Source: a virus | IMG/VR virus record: IMGVR_UViG_3300044846_005100 | Location: 76,224 to 140,223 of that record | DNA: 64,000 bases | Reading direction: 5' to 3' (one strand) | Part shown: positions 46,749-57,464 of the stretch, piece after piece | Numbering within the stretch: position 1 is the first letter of the stretch | Layout of the letters: the number at the start of each line of letters is the position of its first letter | Translations under genes and position numbers: made by a program | Notes under the pieces: model-generated | The model's database searches: none | What the model was told of the DNA's origin: nothing | Seen by the model: only the letters and a program-made list of their open reading frames with translations

Positions 46749-49700
46749 ATGGCCGATCAAAATAATATAAACAAAACAAAGACTTTACAGGATGTTGCCA
46801 ATTATACCTTTACTAAAGGTATGAATCAAGATGCATCTCCAGAAGCACAACCTAAAGATACTTATAGAGCAGCTTTAAATATGGTAAAAGAGTCTTCTGA
46901 AGGGGATGAAAACTTTTTAACCACAGAATACTCCAATACATTTAGAATAAAGTTGCCTGGAAAAGTATTACACTCTAATTTGATTAAACAATTAAATCAA
47001 GTTGTAGTATTTTTACATACAAATGAAATAGGACTTTATGATCCTAATTTAAATACATACACTACTTTATATTCAGACCCTGCATTAGATTTTTCTATAT
47101 ACCTAGAATCAGTGTCTTTTACAAAGACAGAGTGTGAAGATATTGTATTAATATTTTGGGATGGAGTTAATAGAGTGAGAAATATAAATGTAACTCAGTA
47201 TTTGAAAGAGGGCCCTGGTTCAGGTAATATACAGGATTTGGAATTGTTTAAAACTGCTGAAACTTGTATTAAATTAGCAGATGTAAGTTTTATTGAAAAT
47301 GCTGCTTATAATGTAGATGCTGGGGTTTATAGACCGTTTATTCAATATGAAGATGAAGATGGTAATACTACTAATATTTATATTATAAATGAAAATATTC
47401 CATTAATTGAAGATAGTATAAATGGAACATTCCAATATATTGATGGTAATGCTTCAAAAACATTAAACAAAAGTATTGTACTTTTATTTGAAAATGTAGA
47501 TACCAAATATCCTTATATGAATGTTGGATTCATAAAAACGGTTAATGGAGTATCTACTTCTTTTATATTTAAAAAGTTACAACCTGTTGCAGAAAGCCTT
47601 ACAGTTACTTACGAAGGAGACACCACTTTTAATCAAGGAATAGATTTAGCAGAAATTTTGAACAAAAGAGCTTTTTATGTTTCTGCAAAACATGGTTTGA
47701 TTTATAATAACAAACTTTTACTTGCAGGAGTAAGAGGAATAAAAAACGTTGATTATCAGCATTATGCAAATAATATAAACGTAAAATATGTTACAGGAAA
47801 AATAAATTTAAGTAGAACAAAGGGATATAAAAATCCTGAACATATTATTCATCACAAATCTTGGATGAGAGATGAAAACTATATGATTGGAGTTGTTTTG
47901 GAGTTTGAAGATATGTCAGAGTCTCCTGTATTTCCTTTGATTAATAAAAAATATACTCCTTTCCCTGACTTTACAGGTTCGGGAGGTCCTAGACCTGAGA
48001 CAAATGATACAAAATTATGTTGTACAGATGATAGAGTTTATTGGAAAGAAGTTAATACAGCAAAAAGAACTGCATATAATCATTTTGCAGGAGACCTTAG
48101 TGTAACAGATTTTTGTTCAGGAACTATAGATAATGATTCTAACAATATTAGATCTGAGGGTTATTTAGGTTATTTTGAATCGGAAGAAAGATACCCTATA
48201 ATTCCTAGATGTGATGTAGGTCCATTTAACCCTAGTACTTATGATCCTGAGGATTATATGTATCCCACTGAAGTTATTTTGGGTAAATTATATGGCAAAC
48301 CTATTACTTTATTTAAAATGCCAGATTCTACCATTGAACCTTTTCATAATAACCTTACAGACACTTATGCTATTGAGGAAAATAAAAATAGATTTGATAG
48401 TAAATATGATAGCTTAGAAATTTATCCTTTGGGTATTAAATTAGAGGGGGTAGAGATGCCTACTCTTGAAGAAACAGGAGGAGTAAAAGTTACAGGGTAT
48501 AGAGTAGTGTATGTTAGAAGAGATACTTTTAATAAATCAGTACAGGACAAAGGATGGTTTGTAGAAATGTTTAAAAATAATTTCAATGGCCAAGATTATA
48601 TTTACCCTAAACACAATGTTAATGCAGGTGCCAAATGGGATTATTTTTCAAATCTTAGAGATAATGCTATAGAAAATCAAAGTCCTATTCAAGATTTTGT
48701 TAAAAATTGTGGATATGGTAAGCATTATGATAATGGTATTATGTTTTATGGAGGTAATACGCTATCCTCTCAACAAGGCTTAAATGTAAATTATGTTAAA
48801 ATAGAGCAACAATATAATACAATAGGTTATTATATTGACTCTATAAATCAAATAAATACTACTCCTCCAGGTGTTGGAGCAGGTGTTATAGACCCTTCTA
48901 CTTTTAAAGATAAAGATGGAAGACTAAGATCCACTGCTATTCAAATTTATAATTTCTATGATTATGGGTATATACAAAATTCCGATGGATCAATAGACAG
49001 AACAAATGGATATAAGAATAGATCTTTAAAGTATAACTTTAAAAATATTTGTACAGATAATTATTCTTATGTAAATGACAATGTAATCTTAAATAAGATA
49101 TTAAACTCTGATTATTCTTTAGTTAATTTTTACAGAGAAAGTGGAGTTTATTTGGATTATCAATTAAAGTCAGATTTATCTTTTAATAAAAACTTACAGT
49201 TTTTTAATTCAGATACAAGTAGTAAGAAATGTGATATGTTTTCAGGTGGAGGAGGGGCTTCTCCTTTTGATTTTACTAATGTATCAAATTATTCTACATT
49301 ACCAGGAAATCAAATAAGATTCAATGTACCCTCACCTAATACTATTACTATAGGAGACATTTATTTTGTTTGGAATGGAGGTCTTTTTTCTCCTTTAGAC
49401 CCTGGAGATGAGTTTCAAGTAACTTCTATAGGTAGTGTTTCAGGGTTTCCTCCAACACAAACTGTTACTTTAACAAAAGTAAATTCAGGGACTTTTGCAG
49501 GGGGAAGTGCTTTCTCTTTTCTTATTTTACAAAAAATACCTAACTTTGCAGCAGAACAATCTTTTACAGTAGCTACTCCAAGTACTGTAACTTATAATAA
49601 TAATTATCCTGTAGGTACTACAATTACTGTTAGTAATTCATTAGCTCCTACACAAATAGCCAACACAAATACATTTATTGTAACAAATAGCACCACTTTA

Positions 49701-51734
49701 ACTCTTACAGGAGGTCCTCCTCTTACTTCAGGCCCTCCTGTTGAGGTTTTTGTCACAGCTTCCGCACCTTTCACACCTTCAGGGGTATCTTATTTCCAAG
49801 ATTATTTAGATAATACAACTGCCCCTAGCATATTGGATAGATGTAACAATGGTTATATTTATTATGGGTCTATAAAAAATAATTTGCCTAGACAATATGG
49901 AAGTATTGATGATATGTTTTTTATTGATACAGGATTAAAAGGATGTGCAGGTCAGAAAAACTTAACAGGGTTTTATGGGGATAGTTATATTAATACTTTT
50001 TCTTTTGTAAGGACAGGTGTGACAGGTATGTTAGAAGATTCTTATATAGATGATAATAGTGCTGCTTGGATGGATAGAGGGGATCCTACATATACAATTC
50101 AAGAGATAATTGGTAGAGACAAAAATTCTTGGTTATTAAATCTTTATTTAGCCCAAAAAGCAAATGTAACTCTTATCAATACTATTACAGAGTCCGATGT
50201 AAATTTAGATTTGAGATATGAAGGACCTAATTTTAATGAGGTATATTATCCTAAATTATCTAACGGTAAATACTATTTATTTTCTACTAGAAAAAATGAA
50301 TATGCAGAAGACTCTTTTTTAAATGCTTATTTTTATGAGTTAATTTGTAGAAATGATCAAGATAATTGTACAAGTACAAATTATGATGAGGTAGAATATA
50401 ATGATGCATATAAAAATTTCCACAATAATAAAATTAATCTAAACAACGATTACAATGAGTTGAATGGAATGAGATTTAATTTCTTTAAACCTATAAACAA
50501 AAACTATAAAACTTGTGATTGTGATGCAGAATATGATAACAGAATTGCTATATCATCTGCTGATAATCAATCAGTTGGACGATTAAATTATAGTAAGTTT
50601 CTTAAAAATAGTTTTGTCACTCTTCCTCACAAAGAAGGAAAAATAACTAATTTGTTTAAAGAAAGTCAAGTTTTATATGCACATACAACAGATAATATTT
50701 GGAAACTATTAACTTTAGAGTCTAAATTACAAGCAAATAATAATTTAGTGTATTTAGGAACAAATGATTTTCTAAGTGCACAACAATTAGAATTATTTGC
50801 TTCTAACGAAGGTTACATGGGATTACAAGATAAAAGATTTTCTTTCCAAAACAATACAGGATATTTCTTTGTTGACTTGAAAAATCAAAGTTTAAATTTA
50901 ATGTCAGGAGGTAAATTAGATGCTATATCTACTTATGGTATGAATAGTTTCTTTAAAGATGTATTTAATAAATATTTCAACTCATACTCTCTTAATAAAC
51001 CATTGTCAGAGGTTCAAATATACTTTGGGTATGATTATAGACATAAGAGACTTTTATTAACGGATATTGAGAATGATTACACATTATCATACTATCCAGA
51101 AGATAAAGCCTTTTATTCTTTCCACTCGTATAAACCAATGGCTTATATTCAGAATAGAGATACATTCTTTACTCAAAGTCAAAACTATGATCTTTATTTA
51201 CATGAAGATAATTTTAACTCATATAGAAACTTTTATGGAGTAAATTACCCTTCGATGGTAGATGCAGTGTTTACTTACCATCCTTTGATATACACTACTT
51301 TACAAAACATAGGTATAAAAATGGATGCATATAAAAATGTAAACGATCAACTTATACTAATAGATGAACCGCCTACGAGTGTTTCTGTTTGGACAAGTAG
51401 ACAACATAGTGGAGAAATTATGTTAAAGAAAACAGTGGATGCAGATTATATGCACAATATTGTATCGAGCACAGAACCTTACACGTTTATAAATGGTACA
51501 ATCTATTGTAATAATTTGTCTAATTATATTTTGGATAGTAGTATAAACTTTTTACAAGGAGGTATTTTTAAATACCCTACATCAAATGTTTCTTTTGCTA
51601 AAGATTGGACCCAAATAGACAGGCTTGAAAATAATTTCTTTAACTATAGAATCAATATAGATAATAAAGATTTAGAAAATTTAAAATTTATACTTAAATT
51701 TACACTTCTTAATTATAACATTTCAATGCGTTAA
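46749..51734 (+). CDS. tail stabilization/muzzle protein
   Basis: 1661 aa; FTKGMNQD N-terminus, MRDENY and YSFHSYKP motifs. Confidence 0.8.
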   Translation: MADQNNINKTKTLQDVANYTFTKGMNQDASPEAQPKDTYRAALNMVKESSEGDENFLTTEYSNTFRIKLPGKVLHSNLIKQLNQVVVFLHTNEIGLYDPNLNTYTTLYSDPALDFSIYLESVSFTKTECEDIVLIFWDGVNRVRNINVTQYLKEGPGSGNIQDLELFKTAETCIKLADVSFIENAAYNVDAGVYRPFIQYEDEDGNTTNIYIINENIPLIEDSINGTFQYIDGNASKTLNKSIVLLFENVDTKYPYMNVGFIKTVNGVSTSFIFKKLQPVAESLTVTYEGDTTFNQGIDLAEILNKRAFYVSAKHGLIYNNKLLLAGVRGIKNVDYQHYANNINVKYVTGKINLSRTKGYKNPEHIIHHKSWMRDENYMIGVVLEFEDMSESPVFPLINKKYTPFPDFTGSGGPRPETNDTKLCCTDDRVYWKEVNTAKRTAYNHFAGDLSVTDFCSGTIDNDSNNIRSEGYLGYFESEERYPIIPRCDVGPFNPSTYDPEDYMYPTEVILGKLYGKPITLFKMPDSTIEPFHNNLTDTYAIEENKNRFDSKYDSLEIYPLGIKLEGVEMPTLEETGGVKVTGYRVVYVRRDTFNKSVQDKGWFVEMFKNNFNGQDYIYPKHNVNAGAKWDYFSNLRDNAIENQSPIQDFVKNCGYGKHYDNGIMFYGGNTLSSQQGLNVNYVKIEQQYNTIGYYIDSINQINTTPPGVGAGVIDPSTFKDKDGRLRSTAIQIYNFYDYGYIQNSDGSIDRTNGYKNRSLKYNFKNICTDNYSYVNDNVILNKILNSDYSLVNFYRESGVYLDYQLKSDLSFNKNLQFFNSDTSSKKCDMFSGGGGASPFDFTNVSNYSTLPGNQIRFNVPSPNTITIGDIYFVWNGGLFSPLDPGDEFQVTSIGSVSGFPPTQTVTLTKVNSGTFAGGSAFSFLILQKIPNFAAEQSFTVATPSTVTYNNNYPVGTTITVSNSLAPTQIANTNTFIVTNSTTLTLTGGPPLTSGPPVEVFVTASAPFTPSGVSYFQDYLDNTTAPSILDRCNNGYIYYGSIKNNLPRQYGSIDDMFFIDTGLKGCAGQKNLTGFYGDSYINTFSFVRTGVTGMLEDSYIDDNSAAWMDRGDPTYTIQEIIGRDKNSWLLNLYLAQKANVTLINTITESDVNLDLRYEGPNFNEVYYPKLSNGKYYLFSTRKNEYAEDSFLNAYFYELICRNDQDNCTSTNYDEVEYNDAYKNFHNNKINLNNDYNELNGMRFNFFKPINKNYKTCDCDAEYDNRIAISSADNQSVGRLNYSKFLKNSFVTLPHKEGKITNLFKESQVLYAHTTDNIWKLLTLESKLQANNNLVYLGTNDFLSAQQLELFASNEGYMGLQDKRFSFQNNTGYFFVDLKNQSLNLMSGGKLDAISTYGMNSFFKDVFNKYFNSYSLNKPLSEVQIYFGYDYRHKRLLLTDIENDYTLSYYPEDKAFYSFHSYKPMAYIQNRDTFFTQSQNYDLYLHEDNFNSYRNFYGVNYPSMVDAVFTYHPLIYTTLQNIGIKMDAYKNVNDQLILIDEPPTSVSVWTSRQHSGEIMLKKTVDADYMHNIVSSTEPYTFINGTIYCNNLSNYILDSSINFLQGGIFKYPTSNVSFAKDWTQIDRLENNFFNYRINIDNKDLENLKFILKFTLLNYNISMR

Positions 51735-54700
51735 TGGCTAAAAAGAAAGCTAACTTTAATAAACCAAATTCTTCAGGATGGTTGGATAACTATTCTGAAG
51801 AATTTTCTATTAGTAAACATCCTGATGGAGGAGGAGTATGGGAAGTTATAAAAGAAGAATTCAATACAGAATTGATAAATCCTGTAAAAAACTTTTTCTT
51901 TCCTGAAGAAAAGAAAAAGATAGTATATACGGACCCAAAAACATTACCAAAGTCTTTTAATTTACAAGATAATAGAAAAATAAATCCTATTACAAAAAAA
52001 GCTTTAAATCCTACTAGAGATTTAAAAAACTTTAAAGGAGTGAGTAAGGAAAATGTACAAGCTATTATTAAGATGGCAGATTATTTAGGTTATCCTAGAG
52101 ATCTAGCTTTGGCAGTTTCTTTACAAGAAAGTGGATTAGGTAAAACAGATGCTAATTTAGGACATAATCTTGATTATGACTTTACTCCTAAAATGGAAGG
52201 AGAAGTTTTTACTGATGCAGAAAAAGATGCAGGTGCATTTATATCAGGATTAAAAGATAAAGCAAATTATACAAAAACACTTTATAAGCAAAAGAAGATA
52301 CCTAAAGATGATTTAATTTATCAATTACAAGCTTATAATGGATTTGGTAAATTAACACCTAATACAGAGTTGAATTATTATCAAAATCCAAATCAAAAGT
52401 TTTATGGAGTAGATGTAAAAGGGAAGCCCTTATCTTTAAAAGATAATCCTTTATATGGGAAAACAATTATTAACTATAGAGATTCTATTATTAATCAAGA
52501 CCCTATATTAAAAAAATTCCTTAATCTTCCTAAGTATTATGAAGAGGGAGGAGAAGTTAATTCTTATTTACAAGAAGCCGAAACTTTCTTAAATGATTAC
52601 TATAACTCTCCAAGATACAAAGAAATGGTTTCTAATTCAACTATTGGAGATTTAGAAAAACCTGCTAATTATTTTACAGAAAATAGATTGAATAATTTAA
52701 AAACTAAAAAACCTTTAGTTTTTATGTCAAAAGATAAAGGAAATTTAGGTGGTACTTCAAATGCAGAAACAGGAGAAATAAAAATATATCCTAGAGATTA
52801 TGATAATATGTCTACTTATTTACATGAATTAGTTCATTCTTCTGATAGACCTTTAAACAAAAAAGATTTAAAAGAGAATATTAGAGTTATACCTAATAAG
52901 GATATAGAATTGATTAATAAATTAGTTTTTCCTGATTTAAAATCTAAAATGTCTCCAGAATCTTATAACAAATATAGTGATAAAGAAAAACAAGAAAAAG
53001 AAAATTATTATAAAAAGAAAATAAAAAACTATATTGCTACTCCTGAAGAAGTTAGAGCTCGTTTAATAGAAATAAGAAAAGCTGGTAAAGATAACAATAT
53101 TTTTGACCCTTTTACACAAGAAGTTGGTTATCCTGAATATAAAAAATTATTAGAGTTAGAATTTAATAGATTAAATAGCAATGATAAAGGTAATTACCCA
53201 TTATTAGATTTGTTTGAGGGATTTGATAATGATGGTATAATTCAAATGCTAAATGAAATCTCCCAAAACCAAGAAAACGATAGTTTACCTATGGCTAAAA
53301 ATGGGGGAGAAATATATAATGATATGAAAAAAAATATTAAAAAATACCCTGCAGGAGGTTATCTTAATTACCAAGAAGGATACAAAGGATTTGGTGTTGG
53401 TCCAGAACTTTATCAAGACAATAGTTACTTCAGATCTGTGATGCCTGACAATATTGAAAATATGGAGGAACAGATTAATCAACCTAGTGTATTTTCAGGA
53501 ATTAATAATATATTAGGTTCTGTAAATCAAGGTGTTAACAAGATAACAGGCTTGATGAGTAATATACCACAAAGTAGTAAATCTAACCCATTAAATCTAC
53601 CTAATCCCGAAGATAGTTTTATGCAAAATTATCAAAGTGCTCCTGCTAAAAAATTAGATCTTAATGGAGAATTAGATTTAACAGGGATAGAAGAACCTGA
53701 TATGTCTAAATTATGGGGAGAATATTTTAATAGTGGTCAATCTTCATCTACTCCTTTTCCTTCAAAATTATTAGAATCCGTGTCTTTTAAAAATGGGGGA
53801 AAAGTTAAAAAATATCAAAATGGAGGAGATATGGATATGTTGCCTGTAGGTTCTCCAGAATATATTCATAAAAGTAATGTATTTCATGAAAACTATAATC
53901 CTGTACCAAGAGTTCATTTTAGTGATGATACTACTCCTTATGATATGGGAGTTAATCTTAATGATTTAGTTAACATGAATGGAGGAAGGATAAACAAGTA
54001 TGCAGGAGGAGGGTTTGCGGAAATGTATGGTAATAGTTATGGAGGATCTAGTAATAGTCCTAGATTATTCAATGCTAATACAGGAAGAGCTACTCTACAA
54101 GATTTACAATCTGCAAGGGAAAACGACTTTTTGCATACAAAAATGAGAAATGATAGACAAGGTTATGAAGATGATAAAGTAGACTGGGGTTTTATGGATT
54201 GGGCTAAAGAACCTGTAGGTGCTTATTTAGGAATGATGAGCACTGTTCCAATTGTAGGAGATATTACAAAAGATATTGTTGGAGATTCATTCTTAACAAG
54301 AACTTCTGGTTATCAAGTTGGAAAAGGTATAGGTAAAACAACTTCAGGTTTACAAAAAGTTATTGGCGGAGTTGCTTTAACAGCTGCAGGAAGCCCACAA
54401 GGTATTTCAATGATTGGTCAAGGTGTTGGAGATGTAGGTTCAGGAGTAGGTGGTACTATTGGAAACTTAAATGCTAAGTCTGCTATGGGAGATTACGATA
54501 AACAAGGATATGTTTCAGGAAAAAGAATGGAAAAATCTTCTCAGGATTTTGGTAATATGATGTATACTGCTTCTGACTTGTTTGGTAATATATCAGGAGG
54601 GGTAAATCAAATGAAAGGATTAGGAGGAAAAAGTGGTATAGGTGGTCAACAAGGAGCAGGAGGATTTGACTTTTCACAGTTAGCAGGTATGATGAAAAAT

Positions 54701-54910
54701 GGAGGGTATTTAAATAACTATCAAGAAGGAGGAATGGTTTCAATGCCAGAAGATTTCGAGATAGCTAAATTCAAAAAAGGAGGCCTAACTCCTGCTAAAG
54801 CAGAAAAAATGTTACAAGATAAAAGCTTTACAACAGACAAACAAAGAAAATATTTTGGTTACATATCATCCCAGAAAAAAACTAGCGGTGGATGGCTAGA
54901 CGAAATTTAA
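51734..54910 (+). CDS. cargo/ejection protein with SLT-like and zincin domains
   Basis: ALAVSLQESGLG...AYNG (lytic transglycosylase-like), YLHELVH...PEEVRARL (HEXXH), many xxGG motifs. Confidence 0.7.
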   Translation: MAKKKANFNKPNSSGWLDNYSEEFSISKHPDGGGVWEVIKEEFNTELINPVKNFFFPEEKKKIVYTDPKTLPKSFNLQDNRKINPITKKALNPTRDLKNFKGVSKENVQAIIKMADYLGYPRDLALAVSLQESGLGKTDANLGHNLDYDFTPKMEGEVFTDAEKDAGAFISGLKDKANYTKTLYKQKKIPKDDLIYQLQAYNGFGKLTPNTELNYYQNPNQKFYGVDVKGKPLSLKDNPLYGKTIINYRDSIINQDPILKKFLNLPKYYEEGGEVNSYLQEAETFLNDYYNSPRYKEMVSNSTIGDLEKPANYFTENRLNNLKTKKPLVFMSKDKGNLGGTSNAETGEIKIYPRDYDNMSTYLHELVHSSDRPLNKKDLKENIRVIPNKDIELINKLVFPDLKSKMSPESYNKYSDKEKQEKENYYKKKIKNYIATPEEVRARLIEIRKAGKDNNIFDPFTQEVGYPEYKKLLELEFNRLNSNDKGNYPLLDLFEGFDNDGIIQMLNEISQNQENDSLPMAKNGGEIYNDMKKNIKKYPAGGYLNYQEGYKGFGVGPELYQDNSYFRSVMPDNIENMEEQINQPSVFSGINNILGSVNQGVNKITGLMSNIPQSSKSNPLNLPNPEDSFMQNYQSAPAKKLDLNGELDLTGIEEPDMSKLWGEYFNSGQSSSTPFPSKLLESVSFKNGGKVKKYQNGGDMDMLPVGSPEYIHKSNVFHENYNPVPRVHFSDDTTPYDMGVNLNDLVNMNGGRINKYAGGGFAEMYGNSYGGSSNSPRLFNANTGRATLQDLQSARENDFLHTKMRNDRQGYEDDKVDWGFMDWAKEPVGAYLGMMSTVPIVGDITKDIVGDSFLTRTSGYQVGKGIGKTTSGLQKVIGGVALTAAGSPQGISMIGQGVGDVGSGVGGTIGNLNAKSAMGDYDKQGYVSGKRMEKSSQDFGNMMYTASDLFGNISGGVNQMKGLGGKSGIGGQQGAGGFDFSQLAGMMKNGGYLNNYQEGGMVSMPEDFEIAKFKKGGLTPAKAEKMLQDKSFTTDKQRKYFGYISSQKKTSGGWLDEI

Positions 54911-54920
54911 AAAAATTAAT

Positions 54921-57452
54921 ATGAAAGAATTACTTTTAAAAATAGCAGGAGTTAAAACGGAAGAGGACTTTTACAAGAAGTTTCCTAATAAGGAAACATT
55001 TTTTAAATCTCATCCTGAAGCTAAGGAAATAATTGCTCAGTATCAGCAAGAAATGATGGCAAATTCCCAAGAAGAAATGCAAGGTAATCCTGAAGCATCT
55101 ATGGAAAAAATGGCACAAGGAGGTTTGATAAGAAGAGCAGACGGCTCTTACTCTCAAAGAGGGTTATGGGATAACATAAGAGCTAACAAGGGTTCAGGTA
55201 AAAAACCTACAAAAGAAATGTTAGAGCAAGCTAAGAAAATCCAAGCAGAAGAAATGATGTATGGAGGGATGATAGATGAATATGGAAATGGAGGTTACAC
55301 TGTAAGAAGAAGTAATGATAGAAAAGGTAAAACGCATGTCGTTATTGGCCCCGATGGTACCAAAAAATATTTTGGAGACCCTAAAATGGGAGAAAGAGGT
55401 AAATCTAAACATGGTAAAGATGCTTTTTATGCAAGACATAAAACTAACTTAAAAAATAATCCTTTCTTTAGAGCTTATGCTAGAGCAACTTGGGCAGATG
55501 GAGGAGTTCTTCCTGATATGCAACAATTAATGCTTGCTGGAGAAGATGTATATAACATGGGAGGTATGGTAGAATACCCTACTTATTTAGAGAGAGGAGG
55601 AATGTTATACGAAGAAGGAGGGATGTTAAACAGTATGACAGAAGCTATTCCTGTACAAACTGAGAAATTCCAAGGACAAGCAGAACAAGTTGCTTTACCT
55701 GATGGTACTATTAAATCAGTAGATGCTACAACTTCTCACGAAAATATGGCAGATAATACTGTAACAGATTTCTTACCAGGAGGCTCACATATTCAAAGTG
55801 CTCGTAATAAACTTAGTCCTGATCAGTATGCACAATTAATGCAAATGTTCAAACCTGAGAGTGCCGAACAAGATATTAAAAAACTTGCACAAGTATATCA
55901 AAGTAAATACGGTAAGAAGAATGGTAAAAAACTTTCTCCTGCTGATATTTCAGAATATGCTAAAAATAAATATCAAACAGAATCTACACCAAATGCATTT
56001 GATACTGATAAATTAAAAGAAGGAAATAAAAAAGCCTACTTGGAATTGAGCATGCAAATGAATGATTTGATAAAATCAGGAAAAGAAATTGCTGAAGGTA
56101 AAATGCCTGAACAAAATCCAATGATGGCTTGGGGTGGAAATGTAAGTAAATATGTTGATGGTACAGGATTTACAGGAGTGAATCCTATTGCAGACGAATA
56201 CGATGAATTAATGAAAGCAGGTTATATAAAATATGACCCTGCTATTGGAAAGATAAGAGCAAATTTACCAAAAAATATGCCTTATAAAGAAAAAATTCGT
56301 CTAGGACAGGCTATAGAACAAATGGGTTTACAAAATATTAGACAAAGCAAAACTCCTGGATATGATAATTTTTTTGGGGGAAACACTCCTTATGATTATG
56401 CACGTTTTTTTGTAGAAAATACTACAGGAAAACCTTATAATGATAATGTTACTGAAAAAGAGGTAGTAAAAGATTATTTTAATTTATTAAAAATTAATCC
56501 TTCAGAGGAAGATTTAAAAAATCCTGCTTCTTTATTTAAAATACCTGGATTTGACAAAGCTTATCAAGCCTATGTTAATGAAACTCCTGGTATGAGAGAA
56601 TCTTTTGGGATACCTACATTAGGAGATACTCCTAATATATTAGGAATACAACAATGGAAAGCAAGACCTTTAAAAACCCAGTTAGAACCTGCAGTAATAC
56701 CACCTTCACAACAAACTCCTGGAGAAAAAGTAGCTAGTCCACAATTAGGAGAAACAACTCCTGTGTCTCCAGCGGCCAGAATTCCTATGCAAAATAGATT
56801 TAACTATGGATTACTTGAGGGCCAACTAGGAAGAGGGTTATCAGCAAATCAAGCTATGTTAAATGCAAGTTTAGGTTTGAATCCATTATATGTAATGGAA
56901 ACTCCTGATACTTACATTAGAAGTAGAAAAAATGAAATTCCTGTAGGAAATATTTTATACAATATAGAAAAAGCCCAAAGAAATACTGCTAATGCTTTAG
57001 CTGATCAAACAGGAGATTGGAGTACATTGGCAGGTAATATTGCCAACTCAGGTGCCTCTGCTTATAACCAAATAGGAGACACTTTGAGTGCTTTAAACGA
57101 GAAAAATATTAACTTATATAATGAGACACAAGGTCTTCAACAAGGATTACTTGGAGAAAATGTAGATGTAAGAAATCAGAATCTAACAAATATGCAAAAT
57201 ATGTTGAACTTTAAAAGGAACTTATTTGGACAAAAAGCTGTTAAAGATGCAGAGCTTTATTCTAATTATGCTAAAAGCATGTCAGAAAATGCTCAAAAAG
57301 AACAAAATCAAAAAATGGAGTTGTTAAATATTATGGCATCTAAACCAGATATGTTTAGAGGAGAGCAAGGTCAAAGATTTGCAAATCAAATTATGGGTAA
57401 CTACGGTTCTTATAACAATCCATTTGCAGGAACTTTACTTAATTTTATATAA
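54921..57452 (+). CDS. cargo/ejection protein with xxGG motifs
   Basis: 843 aa; small basic modules separated by MAQGG, MYGG, YGNGG, WADGG and YEEGG. Confidence 0.7.
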   Translation: MKELLLKIAGVKTEEDFYKKFPNKETFFKSHPEAKEIIAQYQQEMMANSQEEMQGNPEASMEKMAQGGLIRRADGSYSQRGLWDNIRANKGSGKKPTKEMLEQAKKIQAEEMMYGGMIDEYGNGGYTVRRSNDRKGKTHVVIGPDGTKKYFGDPKMGERGKSKHGKDAFYARHKTNLKNNPFFRAYARATWADGGVLPDMQQLMLAGEDVYNMGGMVEYPTYLERGGMLYEEGGMLNSMTEAIPVQTEKFQGQAEQVALPDGTIKSVDATTSHENMADNTVTDFLPGGSHIQSARNKLSPDQYAQLMQMFKPESAEQDIKKLAQVYQSKYGKKNGKKLSPADISEYAKNKYQTESTPNAFDTDKLKEGNKKAYLELSMQMNDLIKSGKEIAEGKMPEQNPMMAWGGNVSKYVDGTGFTGVNPIADEYDELMKAGYIKYDPAIGKIRANLPKNMPYKEKIRLGQAIEQMGLQNIRQSKTPGYDNFFGGNTPYDYARFFVENTTGKPYNDNVTEKEVVKDYFNLLKINPSEEDLKNPASLFKIPGFDKAYQAYVNETPGMRESFGIPTLGDTPNILGIQQWKARPLKTQLEPAVIPPSQQTPGEKVASPQLGETTPVSPAARIPMQNRFNYGLLEGQLGRGLSANQAMLNASLGLNPLYVMETPDTYIRSRKNEIPVGNILYNIEKAQRNTANALADQTGDWSTLAGNIANSGASAYNQIGDTLSALNEKNINLYNETQGLQQGLLGENVDVRNQNLTNMQNMLNFKRNLFGQKAVKDAELYSNYAKSMSENAQKEQNQKMELLNIMASKPDMFRGEQGQRFANQIMGNYGSYNNPFAGTLLNFI

Positions 57453-57464
57453 ATAAAAAAGAAT

